From assembly GCA_963701965.1 (NCBI GenBank), contig OY969695.1:608001-672000 (forward strand): a stretch of DNA of 64,000 bases, read 5' to 3'. The notes under the pieces were generated by a model, which was given only the letters and a program-made list of their open reading frames with translations, ran no database searches and was not told where the DNA came from. Positions within the stretch are counted from its first letter, which is position 1, and every line of letters begins with the position of its first letter. Below, piece after piece: positions 23,292 through 34,117 of the stretch. Made by a program: the position numbers and the translations under genes. The DNA is from an uncultured Gemmatimonadales bacterium. Lineage in GTDB: Bacteria > Gemmatimonadota > Gemmatimonadetes > Gemmatimonadales > Gemmatimonadaceae.

Positions 23292-24980
23292 ATGAGCAGC
23301 ACGCCCGGGCTCGCGCCAGCGCCCGCTTCGGCGCTGGCCGACGTCATCGCTGCCGCGTTCGACTCGTATCATGCCGGCTTCCGTTACATCACGCGGCGCG
23401 CCCGGGGCCACTTCGAGCAGCGGGAGTGGCCGGCGGCGCAAGCGGCCGCTGCCGCGCGGTTGGCGCTCTACGAGGAGCGGGTGGCGGCCACGGTCGCCGC
23501 GGTCCAAGCCTGGCATGTCGCGCCGGATTGGACGCTCGTCAAACGTTCCTATCGCGCCGCGGTCCGCGACCGCAATGACACCGAGATCGCCGAGTCGTTC
23601 TTCAACTCGGTCGTGCGTCGTCTGCGCGGGACGGTCGGGAGTGATCCCGTGATCGACTTCACGGCGCCGGACGAACCGCCGACGGGCGAACCCGCGTTCG
23701 TGACCATCCCCACCACGCGCCTCGACGCGGGCGCGGTGGAAGTGATGTTGGGCATGTTCCCCTGGGACGTGTCGTGGGTCGCCCGCCGGCGCGACGCCGA
23801 ACGGGCCGCGGCGATCGCCGCTATCGCGGCGCCCCTGGCCGGGATCGACGTGGTGCCCGCGGTGTTCTTTCGCAACAAGGGCGCCTACATCGTCAGTCGT
23901 GTGCGCATGGCCGGCGGCGGCGCCCAGCCGTTCATTCTGGCGTTGGCCTCGACGCCGGCCGGACTCGCGGTCGACGCCGCGCTCACGACCGCCGACGACG
24001 CGGCCATCGTCTTTGGTTTCAGCTGGTCCTATTTCCATATCGACATCGAGCGACCGCGCGCGCTCGTGGCGTTCCTGGCGTCGGTCATGCCCAGCAAGCG
24101 CATCGACGAGCTCTATACGGCGATCGGGTACAACCGCCACGGGAAGACGGAGCTCTATCGGAGCCTCGTGCGGCATCTCGACCGCGCCGATGCCCGGTTC
24201 GAGCTGGCCGAGGGCGACCAGGGCACGGTCATGAGCGTGTTCACCCTGCCCTCGTTCAACGTCGTGTTCAAGATCATCAAGGACACGTTTGGCTTCCCGA
24301 AGCGGACCACGCGGCAGGCGGTCATGGATCGCTATCGGTTCGTCTTCGTGCGCGACCGCGTGGGACGCCTGGCCGACGCCCAGGAATTCGAGTCCATGGA
24401 GTTTCCGGCGGGTCGCTTCTCTCGGGCCCTCCTCGAGCATCTCCTGGCCACCTGCGCGCGCACCGTGCGGATCGACGGCGACCGGGTGATCGTCCGCCAC
24501 CTATATACGGAGCGGCGCGTCACCCCGCTCAACCTCTATCTCAAGCTCGCCGGCGCCGACGACGCGCGCGACGCCGTGCTCGACTACGGGAACGCCATCA
24601 AAGATCTGGCCAACGCGGATATCTTTACCGGCGATATGCTGCTCAAGAACTTCGGCGTGACCCGCCACGGGCGCGTCATCTGCTATGACTACGACGAGCT
24701 GGCGCTCTTGTCCGAGTGCGCGGTGCGGGAGATCCCGCGGCCGGCTACGCTCGACGACGAGTGGGCCGCCGAGCCGCCATATTACGTCGGGGAGCACGAT
24801 ATCTTCCCCGAGGAATTCCGCGCCTTTCTGGTGCCGCCCGGGGCGCTGCGCGAGGCGTTCCTGTCCGCGCACGGCGACCTGCTGGACATTGATTGGTGGC
24901 GCGAGCGGCAGGCCCGCGTACGGGCCGGGGAGATGCTCGACATCTTCCCCTATCGGCCCGAGCGCCGCCTCCGGCCGTGA
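23292..24980 (+). CDS. aceK: Bifunctional isocitrate dehydrogenase kinase/phosphatase
   Basis: [61 protein letters not shown]. Confidence 0.95.
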   Translation: MSSTPGLAPAPASALADVIAAAFDSYHAGFRYITRRARGHFEQREWPAAQAAAAARLALYEERVAATVAAVQAWHVAPDWTLVKRSYRAAVRDRNDTEIAESFFNSVVRRLRGTVGSDPVIDFTAPDEPPTGEPAFVTIPTTRLDAGAVEVMLGMFPWDVSWVARRRDAERAAAIAAIAAPLAGIDVVPAVFFRNKGAYIVSRVRMAGGGAQPFILALASTPAGLAVDAALTTADDAAIVFGFSWSYFHIDIERPRALVAFLASVMPSKRIDELYTAIGYNRHGKTELYRSLVRHLDRADARFELAEGDQGTVMSVFTLPSFNVVFKIIKDTFGFPKRTTRQAVMDRYRFVFVRDRVGRLADAQEFESMEFPAGRFSRALLEHLLATCARTVRIDGDRVIVRHLYTERRVTPLNLYLKLAGADDARDAVLDYGNAIKDLANADIFTGDMLLKNFGVTRHGRVICYDYDELALLSECAVREIPRPATLDDEWAAEPPYYVGEHDIFPEEFRAFLVPPGALREAFLSAHGDLLDIDWWRERQARVRAGEMLDIFPYRPERRLRP

Positions 24981-25357
24981 CGCTGCGCGCCATCCGCGGG
25001 GCGATCACCGTGGATCACGACACACCGGCCCAGCTTCACGAGGCCACGCGCACGCTGCTGGCGGAGATCGTCGCCCGCAACGCCGTGACGACGGACAGCA
25101 TCGTCAGCGTCATCTTCACGGTGACGCCGGACTTGACCAGCGCCTTTCCGGCAATGGCGGCCCGGGCCATGGGGTGGCTCGACGTCCCCCTGCTCTGCAC
25201 CATGGAGATTCCGGTACCGGGCGCGCTGGGTCGGTGCATCCGCGTGCTGCTGCACGTCGAAAGCGACCGGCCGCGCGCTGGCATCCAACACGTCTATCTC
25301 CGGGACGCCGCCACCCTGCGTCCCAATGTCTCGGAGATCAGGCCGGGACCGGGGTGA
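24977..25357 (+). CDS. aroH: Chorismate mutase, AroH class
   Basis: RAIRGAITV, FPAMAAR, VPLLC, CIRVL, HVYL...LRP. Confidence 0.92.
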   Translation: MTLRAIRGAITVDHDTPAQLHEATRTLLAEIVARNAVTTDSIVSVIFTVTPDLTSAFPAMAARAMGWLDVPLLCTMEIPVPGALGRCIRVLLHVESDRPRAGIQHVYLRDAATLRPNVSEIRPGPG

Positions 25358-27144
25358 TGTCTTCGCCGGGGTTGGCGAACAGATCCGACTCCAGGCCGTA
25401 TTGCCGGTTGTACAGCTGCCGATACCGTCCATTGAGCGCCAGCAGCTCCTCGTGCCGCCCGTGCTCGACAATGCGGCCTTCCTCCATCACTAGGATCTGA
25501 TCGGCGCTCTCGATGGTCGACAGCCGGTGGGCGATGACGAACGTGGTCCGTCCGGAGCGGAGCGCCGTGAGGCCGTCCCTGATCGAGCGCCTCGGTCTCG
25601 CTATCCAGGCTGGACGTGGCTTCGTCGAGCACCAGGATGCGGGGATCCGCAATGATCGCCCGCGCGATCGCAACGCGCTGGCGTTGCCCACCCGAGAGCT
25701 TCACGCCCCGCTCGCCGACGATCGTGTCGTATCCGTTCGGGAAGCGCTCCACGAATTCGTCGCAGTGCGCGATCCGGCTGGCGGCGCGGACCTCGGCGTC
25801 GGTCGCGCCCGGCTTGGCGAACGCAATGTTGTCCCGTACCGTGCCGTCGAACAGGAAATTGTCCTGCATCACCACGCCGAGGTGGGCCCGGTAGTCGCGC
25901 AGGCGAAGCCCTTGGAGATCCCGGCCATCGACGAGGATGCGCCCGCGGTCCGGCGCCGCGAACGCCAACAGCAGCGAGAGCGTAGTACTCTTCCCCGACC
26001 CGCTGGACCCGACGAGCGCGGTCGTCGTTCCCGCGGCGGCGGCAAAGCTCACGTCGTGCAGGACGGGCGAGCCAGCGGTATAGGCAAAGCCCACGCGGTC
26101 GAACACGACGTCGCCGCGGATAACAGGCAACGAGGCTTTGGCCGCGTCCCGCTCGTCCTCGGTGGGCGTCTCGTTGATCTCGCGAATGCGATCCAGCCCG
26201 GCAAACGCCTCGCTGACCTGCGTGCCAATGGAAGCCATCTGGATGAGCGGCGCGGCCATGAGGCCGATGAAGAACACGTAGCTGAACAAGCCGCCCAGCG
26301 TCATGGCACCCGAGAGGACGGCGCGCCCCCCGCCGATGATGACGATGACACCAACGAGTCCGACGATCGCGGTGGCGCCCGCCGAGACGGCCGACGTGCC
26401 GGTGATCGTCGCCGCGACGTTCCGAAAGAGCCGGTGCACGCCGCGCGCGAACACCGTCTGCTCGCGCCGCTCGGCCACGTACACCTTGAGCGTCCGGATG
26501 CCGCCCAGGGACTCCGTCAGGCGCCCGGTGATCTCGGCCGTGATGATGCTCCGCTCGCGAAACAGGGGCCGGAGGCGCGCGAAGGCGTACGACATCATGC
26601 CGCCGAACGCCGCCAGCAGGACGAGCGTCGCCAGCGTCAGCGACCAGTTCAAGTAGAAGAGCATCACCAGCGCCAACACGGCGGTGACTATTCCGCCGAC
26701 CAGCTGAATCAAACCTGTTCCGATGATGTTGCGGACGCCTTCGGCGTCGTTCATGATCCGCGCCACGAGCACGCCCGACTTGGTGGCGTCGAAATAGGCC
26801 ACGGGCAGATGCAATACCCGGCGTTCGACTTGCTTCCGCAGATCGGTGATCGCGCGTTGCGCCGCGATGCTCACGATCTGGGAGAGCCCGAACAATGTGA
26901 CGGCTTGGACGACGGTCGCGGCGCCGACGGCGATCGCCAGCGGAATCAGCCGGTCCGCCTGATGATGGCCGAGCACGCCATCGACCAGGTACTTCGTGGA
27001 GAGCGGCAGGACGAACCCCGCCAGGCGGCTCACCAACATGACGGCGAGTCCGATGGCCAACGACCCGCGGTGACGCCACGCCAACGTGCGCGCCTCGCGC
27101 CACGCGCGGGCGCGATCGAACTTGGCCTTCGCCTCTTTCGCCAT
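25338..27144 (-). CDS. ABC exporter (MsbA-like TMD+NBD), frameshift at ~25585
   Basis: GSSGSGKS, LSGGQRQR, LDEATSSLD; IAHRLSTI continues in another frame. Confidence 0.9.
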
Positions 27145-27154
27145 GACCCGAAAG

Positions 27155-28039
27155 CTAGTCGATCTCGTCGATCGATCGCGGCCAGTCCTCACGGAGAAGC
27201 CGGGACAGCGCGCGATCCGCCAGCAGGCGCCCGCCGGTCTGGCAGCGCGCGCAGTAGTTTGTCTCGTTTTCGGCGTATACGATCCGTTGGACCGGCGCGC
27301 CGCAGGTGGGGCACGGCTTTCGGTAGCGGCCGTGGACGGCCATATCGTCGTGAAACGCCGTCACCGTCTCGGGGAAGCCCGCGCCGACCGCTTCGCGGAG
27401 GCGCGTGGTCCACTCGATCAATGTCTCGCGCACCGCCGCATACAGCCGGGCGATCCCGGCGGCGTCGAGACTCGTGGTCATCGTGAGCGGCGACATCCGG
27501 GCCCGATGCAGAATCTCGTCGGAGTACGCGTTGCCGATCCCGCTGAACAATCGCGGGTCGGTGAGCGCCCGCTTGACGGTGTGGCGCTCGCTCGTCAGGC
27601 GCGCGGCGAACGCCGCCAGGTCAATGTCGAGCGGCTCGATGCCGCCCCGGTCGATCTCCCGCAGGGCCGCCTCCCCGGCCACGAACGTCAGCGAGGCGCG
27701 CCGTTTCGATCCGGCTTCGGTCAGATACAGCGTGCCATCGGCGAAGTCGAAGGCGGCTTGGACCAGTTTCCCCCGCAGCGGCTTGGTGGGCGGCCGCCAG
27801 CGGAGCCGCCCGGCGATCATGAGATGGATGACGAGAAAGAGATCGCCCTCCAGCGCCAGCACGATCCGCTTGCCGATCCGCCGTACGCCGATGACCCGCC
27901 GCCCGTCGGCATCGGCGATCGGCGGGCTGACCGATCGCAGGACGAACGGATTCACGACGCGGACGCGCACGAGCGTCTGTCCAACGACGCGCGCCGTGAG
28001 CCGCTCGAGATAGACGACGACGTCAGGGAGCTCGGGCAT
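27155..28039 (-). CDS. mutM: Fpg/Nei family DNA glycosylase
   Basis: MPELPDV start, H2TH motif GIGNAYSDEIL, C-terminal CPTC...CARCQ zinc finger. Confidence 0.9.
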   Translation of the reverse strand: MPELPDVVVYLERLTARVVGQTLVRVRVVNPFVLRSVSPPIADADGRRVIGVRRIGKRIVLALEGDLFLVIHLMIAGRLRWRPPTKPLRGKLVQAAFDFADGTLYLTEAGSKRRASLTFVAGEAALREIDRGGIEPLDIDLAAFAARLTSERHTVKRALTDPRLFSGIGNAYSDEILHRARMSPLTMTTSLDAAGIARLYAAVRETLIEWTTRLREAVGAGFPETVTAFHDDMAVHGRYRKPCPTCGAPVQRIVYAENETNYCARCQTGGRLLADRALSRLLREDWPRSIDEID

Positions 28040-29303
28040 GGGTCGTCGCGACCTGCAACGCCTGCACGACCTGGGCGAGGCGGGGATCGTCGACACCGTT
28101 CAGCGGCGGTGGCGGTGGCGGCGGGGCGGCCAGCGCGCGGCCCGCGAGCGCGCGCGCGGCCGCCTCGGCGCGAAATCGCACCAGATTGACCTCGTGCTCG
28201 GTGGCGAACGTTTCCGCCGCCGCGAACGCGGCCCGCGCGGCCGCGGGCCGGCGCAGCCGCTCCAACCCCTCGGCGATCATGAGGAGAAAATGGGCCTCGA
28301 GGCGGGGCGACAGCCGGTGGGCGGCAATGTCCCGCCGGTATTGCTGAAACACCGTCTCCTGTCCGTCGCGGGCCGCGATCTCCATGAGATTGAGCATCGC
28401 CATCACCCGCGTCTCGCGCTCGATGGCGGTCGCCGAGAGGATGAGAAAGGCGTTCCGGGCGGCGTCACGGAGTCCGAGATCGGCGAGCGCCACCGCAATG
28501 TCGGCCAGCGCGCGATCCTTGTTCACCGGCTCGGTGTAGGCTTGCCACACCTCGTACAACTGGGCCACGGCTTGCTGGGGTTGCCCGCGTTCGTAGGCGA
28601 TGACGGCGCGGGCGTGCACGGCGTGGGCGCGGACCAACGGCAACCCGTGCTGCTCGGCGGCCGCGACGATCTCGACCAGCAACGCATCCGCGGTCGGCAG
28701 ATTGCCGCGGTGTTTGATGATCGCCGCTTCGTCAATGCGGAGGCGGAGGCCCACGGCCACGTCGCCGAGCGACGTCGCGACCGCCCGCCCGGTGCGGCAG
28801 GCCGCGGCAGCGCCCTCGAGGTGCCCCTGCATCCGGAGCGCGTACGCCAGCCGCTGATAAGCTTCGGGCACGAGGAGGAAATCCTGCGGCGTCGCCGCGC
28901 GCGCGATGAACGTCTGATAGACGTCGGCGGCCTGCGCCCATCGCCCGTCGTTGAGCAACGTCCGCGCATAGGCGAGGAGCCGCGTCGCGGTGAATGCCCG
29001 GCCGGCGCACGCCTCGGCGAGAGCCTCGAGGACCCCGGCCAGCGTGTCCCGTAAACCTGCACCGTGTCCCATATCAGCGACCAGCAATCGCACCCGCCGA
29101 AACTCGGGTGCGGTGGGCCACTGCTCGCGCGACACGCCGACGCGGATGCGGTCGAGAAACCGGAGCACCGCCAGACCGGCCACGGCCTCGCGCCGCGCGG
29201 CCACCACATCCTCCGCGCCGTCATGCGCGTCGAGGAAGACGTGGTGGGCCTGGAGACCCGCCGCGGCGCCCGGCTTCCTGGCGCGACGCCTACCCGCCGC
29301 CAC
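28023..29303 (-). CDS. All-helical TPR-like protein (426 aa), paralog of 36230-37510
   Basis: Shares AG..VLRF.D, LLAYA, W..AAD..QTF, RGN.P.A, DIA..L..LGL.DAAR.AF, NLM with the second copy. Confidence 0.8.
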   Translation of the reverse strand: MAAGRRRARKPGAAAGLQAHHVFLDAHDGAEDVVAARREAVAGLAVLRFLDRIRVGVSREQWPTAPEFRRVRLLVADMGHGAGLRDTLAGVLEALAEACAGRAFTATRLLAYARTLLNDGRWAQAADVYQTFIARAATPQDFLLVPEAYQRLAYALRMQGHLEGAAAACRTGRAVATSLGDVAVGLRLRIDEAAIIKHRGNLPTADALLVEIVAAAEQHGLPLVRAHAVHARAVIAYERGQPQQAVAQLYEVWQAYTEPVNKDRALADIAVALADLGLRDAARNAFLILSATAIERETRVMAMLNLMEIAARDGQETVFQQYRRDIAAHRLSPRLEAHFLLMIAEGLERLRRPAAARAAFAAAETFATEHEVNLVRFRAEAAARALAGRALAAPPPPPPPLNGVDDPRLAQVVQALQVATTHARAP

Positions 29304-29825
29304 CTACCATCCCGAGCGCTGCCGCAAGTTCGTGATGTGCGCGACGTGGTGATCGCCGTGCCACGCGTACAGCATGACCAGCTGCTCCAAACGCCAGGCC
29401 CCGCTCTCCGGGTGATGCAAGGCGCGCCGGAATGCATCCGGCCCCAGCGCGCGCAACAGCACGACCCAACGCGCGTGCAGGGCCTCGAGCATCGCCAGCG
29501 ACGTCTCCACCGGGGTCGCCGCCACGTCGGGCGTGAGGGCCCACTGCGTCTGGTCGTACGGCCGGATCGTCGGCATGTCTTCCGTGAGCGCCAGTTTGGT
29601 GCGCACGTACGCGTTGAGATGACTCTCGGGGACGTGGTGCACGAGTTGGCGCACCGTCCATCCGCCGTCGCGATATGGCGTGTCGAGCTGGGCGGGCGTG
29701 AGGCCGGTCACGGCGGCCCGCAGGCGGCCCGGCGTGGCGGCCATGCGCTCGATGGCTTTGGCCAAGGTGCTGGCGTCGACGTGCTCGGGCCGCGCGAATT
29801 TGCCAATGGGGTAGCGTGGGTCCAT
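29304..29825 (-). CDS. YfiT/DinB family bacillithiol transferase-like metalloprotein
   Basis: DPRYPIG, LDTPYRDGGWTVRQLVHH, YAWHGDHHVAHI. Confidence 0.9.
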   Translation of the reverse strand: MDPRYPIGKFARPEHVDASTLAKAIERMAATPGRLRAAVTGLTPAQLDTPYRDGGWTVRQLVHHVPESHLNAYVRTKLALTEDMPTIRPYDQTQWALTPDVAATPVETSLAMLEALHARWVVLLRALGPDAFRRALHHPESGAWRLEQLVMLYAWHGDHHVAHITNLRQRSGW

Positions 29826-29834
29826 GCGCTCAAC

Positions 29835-30269
29835 TTAGCGCGGTACCCGCTCCCACCGCAGTACTGACACGCGGGACCGCTCGGACGGCGTGGCCAAGTC
29901 CAGCCGCCCGCCAGCGAGTGTGACGAATCGCCGTTGGTCGGTCCCGACCAGATTGGGGAACAGGCTCACGGCCACATGGTGGATGACGACACGCTCCGTC
30001 TCATCCACGTCGTAGGTGCCCGCGTACGCAATGTATCCGGTCGCCGCGGCGCGGACCTCGGCGTCCGAGCCGCCCGGCATCGTCGGGGCGCTAAACCCGG
30101 GCCGACCGGCGCGCATGACTTGACCGGACATATGGCCATCCGCCGTGTAGATCAGCAGTCCCGAGATGTCCGGGCCGAACGGAAGGCGGACCGCGTCCCC
30201 GGGCCCGCGCGTCTCGAATCCCACCAGACGCCAGACCCCGATCAGGCGATTTGCGAGACTGTCACTCAT
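29835..30269 (-). CDS. Lipocalin-like domain protein
   Basis: LIGVWRL, G.LIYTADG.MS, YIAYAGTY, PNLVGTDQRR, LRWER. Confidence 0.85.
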   Translation of the reverse strand: MSDSLANRLIGVWRLVGFETRGPGDAVRLPFGPDISGLLIYTADGHMSGQVMRAGRPGFSAPTMPGGSDAEVRAAATGYIAYAGTYDVDETERVVIHHVAVSLFPNLVGTDQRRFVTLAGGRLDLATPSERSRVSVLRWERVPR

Positions 30270-30366
30270 CGACGCCCACGGTGTTGCGTCCGCGCCACAA
30301 AAAACGCGCTGGGTAAGTGAATTTTAAGGATCAACGGCCGGCCCCCGATTTGCCTCTATCCAGGGC

Positions 30367-30696
30367 ATGACAACCGACCCGCTGACGGCCACCAATGACG
30401 CGTTGGAGAGAATCACCCGCTCGACGCTCCTCGACCGGCTCTCGTCAGCGCTCACGGCCGCGGTGCGCTTACCGGCCACCGAGTTGCCCGCCGTGGACAC
30501 GGCCCTCTCGGCCTACGTGTCCACACTGAAGCGCCAAGGCGGACGCCCGGAGCACGCCATCGTCTACGTGCGCGACGCGGCGCGCCGCGCGGCGGAATGC
30601 GAGCGCGCGACGCATCATCCCGATTGGATGGACCCCGAGCTCTTCGTCATGCACGTGGAGCGTCGCTGCTTTCGGGCGTACTTTCGCGCGGACTGA
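30367..30696 (+). CDS. Hypothetical small helical protein (109 aa)
   Basis: Plausible codon usage; G..PE motif and C-terminal C..AYF. Confidence 0.65.
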   Translation: MTTDPLTATNDALERITRSTLLDRLSSALTAAVRLPATELPAVDTALSAYVSTLKRQGGRPEHAIVYVRDAARRAAECERATHHPDWMDPELFVMHVERRCFRAYFRAD

Positions 30697-31063
30697 GGGG
30701 CAACACGACGAGCATCGCCACGACCAGCGCGCCCCAGGCGCCGAGCGTCGCGGCCAGCGGGAAGAGGCCGAACCATCCCAGCGCCCGGGCGTATCGGATC
30801 AACGGCGCCGCCCGCATCCCAATGACGATCACGCCATAGAGGCCGAGCAAGATCGCCAGCGCGCGACCCGCGGTCGGCCGGTCGCGCACCAGCCAAAACG
30901 CCGCCAGCCCGCCGAAGATGGCCTGGGCCAGGAAGAGCAACCACGGGACGACGCTGGGTCCGTGCGGCGGCCAGGGCAGAAAGAGCGCCATGCCGAGCCC
31001 GGCGACGGCGGCGAAGAGATCGCCGGCGGCGGCGACCAGAGCGAGACGGCGGGTCAAGCGCAT
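30647..31063 (-). CDS. Hypothetical 4-TM membrane protein
   Basis: Four hydrophobic segments; start overlaps the end of mug. Confidence 0.65.
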   Translation of the reverse strand: MRLTRRLALVAAAGDLFAAVAGLGMALFLPWPPHGPSVVPWLLFLAQAIFGGLAAFWLVRDRPTAGRALAILLGLYGVIVIGMRAAPLIRYARALGWFGLFPLAATLGAWGALVVAMLVVLPLSPRESTPESSDAPRA

Positions 31064-31602
31064 GCGTCGCGCACCTCGCGAAAGAGTCGCGCGAAGTCGC
31101 GCGCCTGGTAGTGGGCGTTGAGGCCGCTCGGGTTGGGCAGGACCCAGATGCGGGTTGAGCCGAACGTCCCGGTCTGAAGTCCGAGCATCGCCGCCGGCTG
31201 GTCGAACGCGGCGCGATAGGCTCCGACGCCGAGCACACAGAGACAGCGCGGCGCCAACCGACGCACGAGCGCGCGCAGCCGCTCGCCGCCGGCCCGATAT
31301 TCCTCCGGCGTCAACTCCGACGCCGTCGCCGTGGCGCGCCGGACGACACCCGTTATCCCGATGCCCAGCCCCAACAGCTCGCGTTCCTCGCTGGGATCGA
31401 GGAGTCGCGGCGTGAATCCCGAGGCGTGGAGCGCGGGCCAGAAACGATTGCCTGGGCGGGCGAAGTGGTGTCCCGCCCAGGCGGTATACAACCCCGGATT
31501 GATGCCCGCGAACAACACGCGGAGCCCGGGAGCGACGAGATCAGGGACCGTGCGGCCGGCGGCGGCGAGAAGCGCCGCACGCGACGGCCTCACCCCCGCC
31601 AC
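31054..31602 (-). CDS. mug: G/U mismatch-specific DNA glycosylase
   Basis: GINPGLY, HFARPGNRFW, LPNPSGLNAHY. Start approximate. Confidence 0.92.
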   Translation of the reverse strand: MAGVRPSRAALLAAAGRTVPDLVAPGLRVLFAGINPGLYTAWAGHHFARPGNRFWPALHASGFTPRLLDPSEERELLGLGIGITGVVRRATATASELTPEEYRAGGERLRALVRRLAPRCLCVLGVGAYRAAFDQPAAMLGLQTGTFGSTRIWVLPNPSGLNAHYQARDFARLFREVRDACA

Positions 31603-32834
31603 ACGATCCGCCAAATCCGGCCATGCAGGTCATCCGTCACATAGAGCGACCCATCGGGTCCCTCGGCGATGCCCACGGGCCGGTGCGCGGCCTCACTGGG
31701 ATCGTGGATCGGCTTGTCGCCGGCGAAGCCGTCGGCGAACGTCTCGAACTTGCCATCGGCCTTGCCATTCACCATGGGCACGAAGACGACACGGAACCCC
31801 GCTTGGGGGTCGGGCGCCCGATTCCACGATCCGTGGAACACGATGAACACGCCCTCGCTGTAGCGCTTCGGAAATGTGCCCTTGGTATAGAACATCGACG
31901 ACATCGGGGCCCAGTGCCCGGGGAACGCCGCGACCGGCTCCTGTTTCGACGCGCACCGTCCGATCTTGTGGCCGCCGTCACCGCCGTATTCCGGCGCCAG
32001 CACCAGCTTCGAGTACCGCGTGTCGTAGTAGCAGTATGGCCACCCGAAGTCCGCGCCATCGGCCAGGCGCATGAACTCCTCGGCTGGTTCCTCGTGGCCA
32101 TCGGCCGCCTGGTAGAACGCCGGCCAGTTCTCGAAGAGCTGATCGCGGCCATGCTGCGTCGAGTACATGTGGCCGTCCGTCGGATTGAACGACAATCCCT
32201 CGGCGTTCCGAATGCCGGTCACGACGTGCTCACCCGTGGCCTGGGTTTGCCCCGTCTTGTTGGCGTCGAACCGCCAGATCCCGGCGCGCGTCTCGAGCTC
32301 CACACAGGGGTCGACGCCCGGCGACGTGTTCTGCCGGTCGGCCTGCTGGCACGAGTTCGTGCGCGAGCCGACGTTCACATAGAGGCGGCCCTGGGCGTCG
32401 AACGCAATGTTGCGCGCGCTGTGCCCGCCCGTCGGCAACCCGCGGACGATCGTGTCCGGAGGGCTCGCTTGCTCGGCGCCGATCTTGTACCGGATGATCG
32501 CGGTGCGCGCGTCCACATACAGATATCCCGCGTGAATCGCGATGCCCGTCCCGCCAGGCGTGCCGAAGCCGAGGCGCGACGCGGCGTGCCCCGTTCCGCC
32601 CGGGTCCTTGAGCGCCAGGACGCCAACCGGTTGGGCCGCGGCGCCGCCGCCGATCAGCGTGACGTAGACGGTGCCATCCGAGCCGACGACAACTTGACGC
32701 GGCCCTCCCAGACTGTCGGCGAAGACGGTAGCGCAGAACCCCGAAGGTAGCGTGATGCCCCCGTTGCCGGGATCGCACGGCGGCGCGGGCGCGAGGCCGG
32801 CCACGAATGGCGCGGCGAGTGCGAGAATGATCAT
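31590..32834 (-). CDS. PQQ-dependent sugar/sorbosone dehydrogenase family protein
   Basis: Signal peptide; GIRNAEG, QHGRD, FGWPYCY, FPGHWAP, FHGSWNR, RPVG. Confidence 0.88.
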   Translation of the reverse strand: MIILALAAPFVAGLAPAPPCDPGNGGITLPSGFCATVFADSLGGPRQVVVGSDGTVYVTLIGGGAAAQPVGVLALKDPGGTGHAASRLGFGTPGGTGIAIHAGYLYVDARTAIIRYKIGAEQASPPDTIVRGLPTGGHSARNIAFDAQGRLYVNVGSRTNSCQQADRQNTSPGVDPCVELETRAGIWRFDANKTGQTQATGEHVVTGIRNAEGLSFNPTDGHMYSTQHGRDQLFENWPAFYQAADGHEEPAEEFMRLADGADFGWPYCYYDTRYSKLVLAPEYGGDGGHKIGRCASKQEPVAAFPGHWAPMSSMFYTKGTFPKRYSEGVFIVFHGSWNRAPDPQAGFRVVFVPMVNGKADGKFETFADGFAGDKPIHDPSEAAHRPVGIAEGPDGSLYVTDDLHGRIWRIVWRG

Positions 32835-32881
32835 GGAGATAGCATAACGGCGCCGGCCGGTCCCGTGTATCTTCCCTGCCC

Positions 32882-34108
32882 ATGCGCACCCGCCTTCTCG
32901 TTTTGGCGTTGCTCGCCGCGGCCCCGCTCCGCGCCCAGTCCGACCCGTACCGGGAGACGGCGCTCCGGGTGCTCCGCGAGACGCCCCTCATCGACGGACA
33001 CAACGACCTGCCGTGGACCATCCGCGAATTCGCGGGTCGGGATGTCGACAAGTACGACCTGACCAAGACCACGCCGAGGATGACGGATCTCGACCGCCTG
33101 GGCAAAGGCATGCTGGGCGCCCAGTTCTGGTCGGTCTACATCCCCGGTGAGATCAAGGACTCCGGATACGCCCGCGTCCAACTGGAGCAGATCGAGCTGG
33201 CGCGGCGGATGATCGCCAAGTATCCGGACCGGCTGGCGTTCGCGACCGGGACCGCCGATATCCGCCGGGCGTTCCATGAGCACAAGATCGCCTCGCTGCT
33301 GGGCATGGAGGGCGGCCACGCCATCGAGAATTCGCTCGGCGCGCTTCGCGCCTACTACGAGCTCGGCGTCCGCTACATGACGCTCACGCACAACGTGACG
33401 CTCGACTGGGCCGACGCCGCGCTCGACTCGGCGAAACACGGTGGGCTGACGCCGTTCGGCAAGGAAGTCGTCCGGGAGATGAATCGCCTCGGCATGCTCG
33501 TCGACATCTCCCACGTGTCACCCGGCGTCATGAGCAATGCGCTCACGGTGAGCGCCGCCCCCGTCATCTTCTCCCACTCCGGCGCCCGGGCCCTCGTGGA
33601 TCACCGGCGGAACGTGCCCGACTCGATCCTCCGGCGCGTCCCGGCCAACGGCGGGGTGGTGATGGTGCCGTTCGTCACGTCGTTCGTGTCCAAGGCGGTC
33701 TTCGACCACGATACGGCAGAAGCGCGTGTGGTGGCCCAGCATCCGAGCGACAGCGCCCTCAAGGCATGGCGGGCAACCCACCCCACCCCCAAAGCAACTC
33801 TGAAAGACGTGGCCGACGCCATTGACCACGTGCGCCAGGTCGCGGGGGTGGATCACGTGGGCATCGGCAGCGATTTCGACGGGATCACGGATGTGGTCGT
33901 CGGACTCGAGGACGTCTCGAAGTTCCCCGACCTGTTCACCGAACTGGCCCGCCGCGGGTGGACCGAGGCCGACTTGCGGAAATTGGCCGGCGAGAATCTC
34001 CTGCGGGCCTTCGCGCGGGCCGAGGCGGTCTCCGAGCGCCTGCGCCGGGAGCGGCCGCCCTCGACGGCCACCATCCAACAACTCGACGGCGCCGCGCGCG
34101 CGCAATAG
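32882..34108 (+). CDS. Membrane dipeptidase (M19)
   Basis: IDGHNDLPW, QFWSVY, MEGGH, DISH, FSHS, GSDFDG. Confidence 0.93.
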   Translation: MRTRLLVLALLAAAPLRAQSDPYRETALRVLRETPLIDGHNDLPWTIREFAGRDVDKYDLTKTTPRMTDLDRLGKGMLGAQFWSVYIPGEIKDSGYARVQLEQIELARRMIAKYPDRLAFATGTADIRRAFHEHKIASLLGMEGGHAIENSLGALRAYYELGVRYMTLTHNVTLDWADAALDSAKHGGLTPFGKEVVREMNRLGMLVDISHVSPGVMSNALTVSAAPVIFSHSGARALVDHRRNVPDSILRRVPANGGVVMVPFVTSFVSKAVFDHDTAEARVVAQHPSDSALKAWRATHPTPKATLKDVADAIDHVRQVAGVDHVGIGSDFDGITDVVVGLEDVSKFPDLFTELARRGWTEADLRKLAGENLLRAFARAEAVSERLRRERPPSTATIQQLDGAARAQ

Positions 34109-34117
34109 ACTCCCGGT

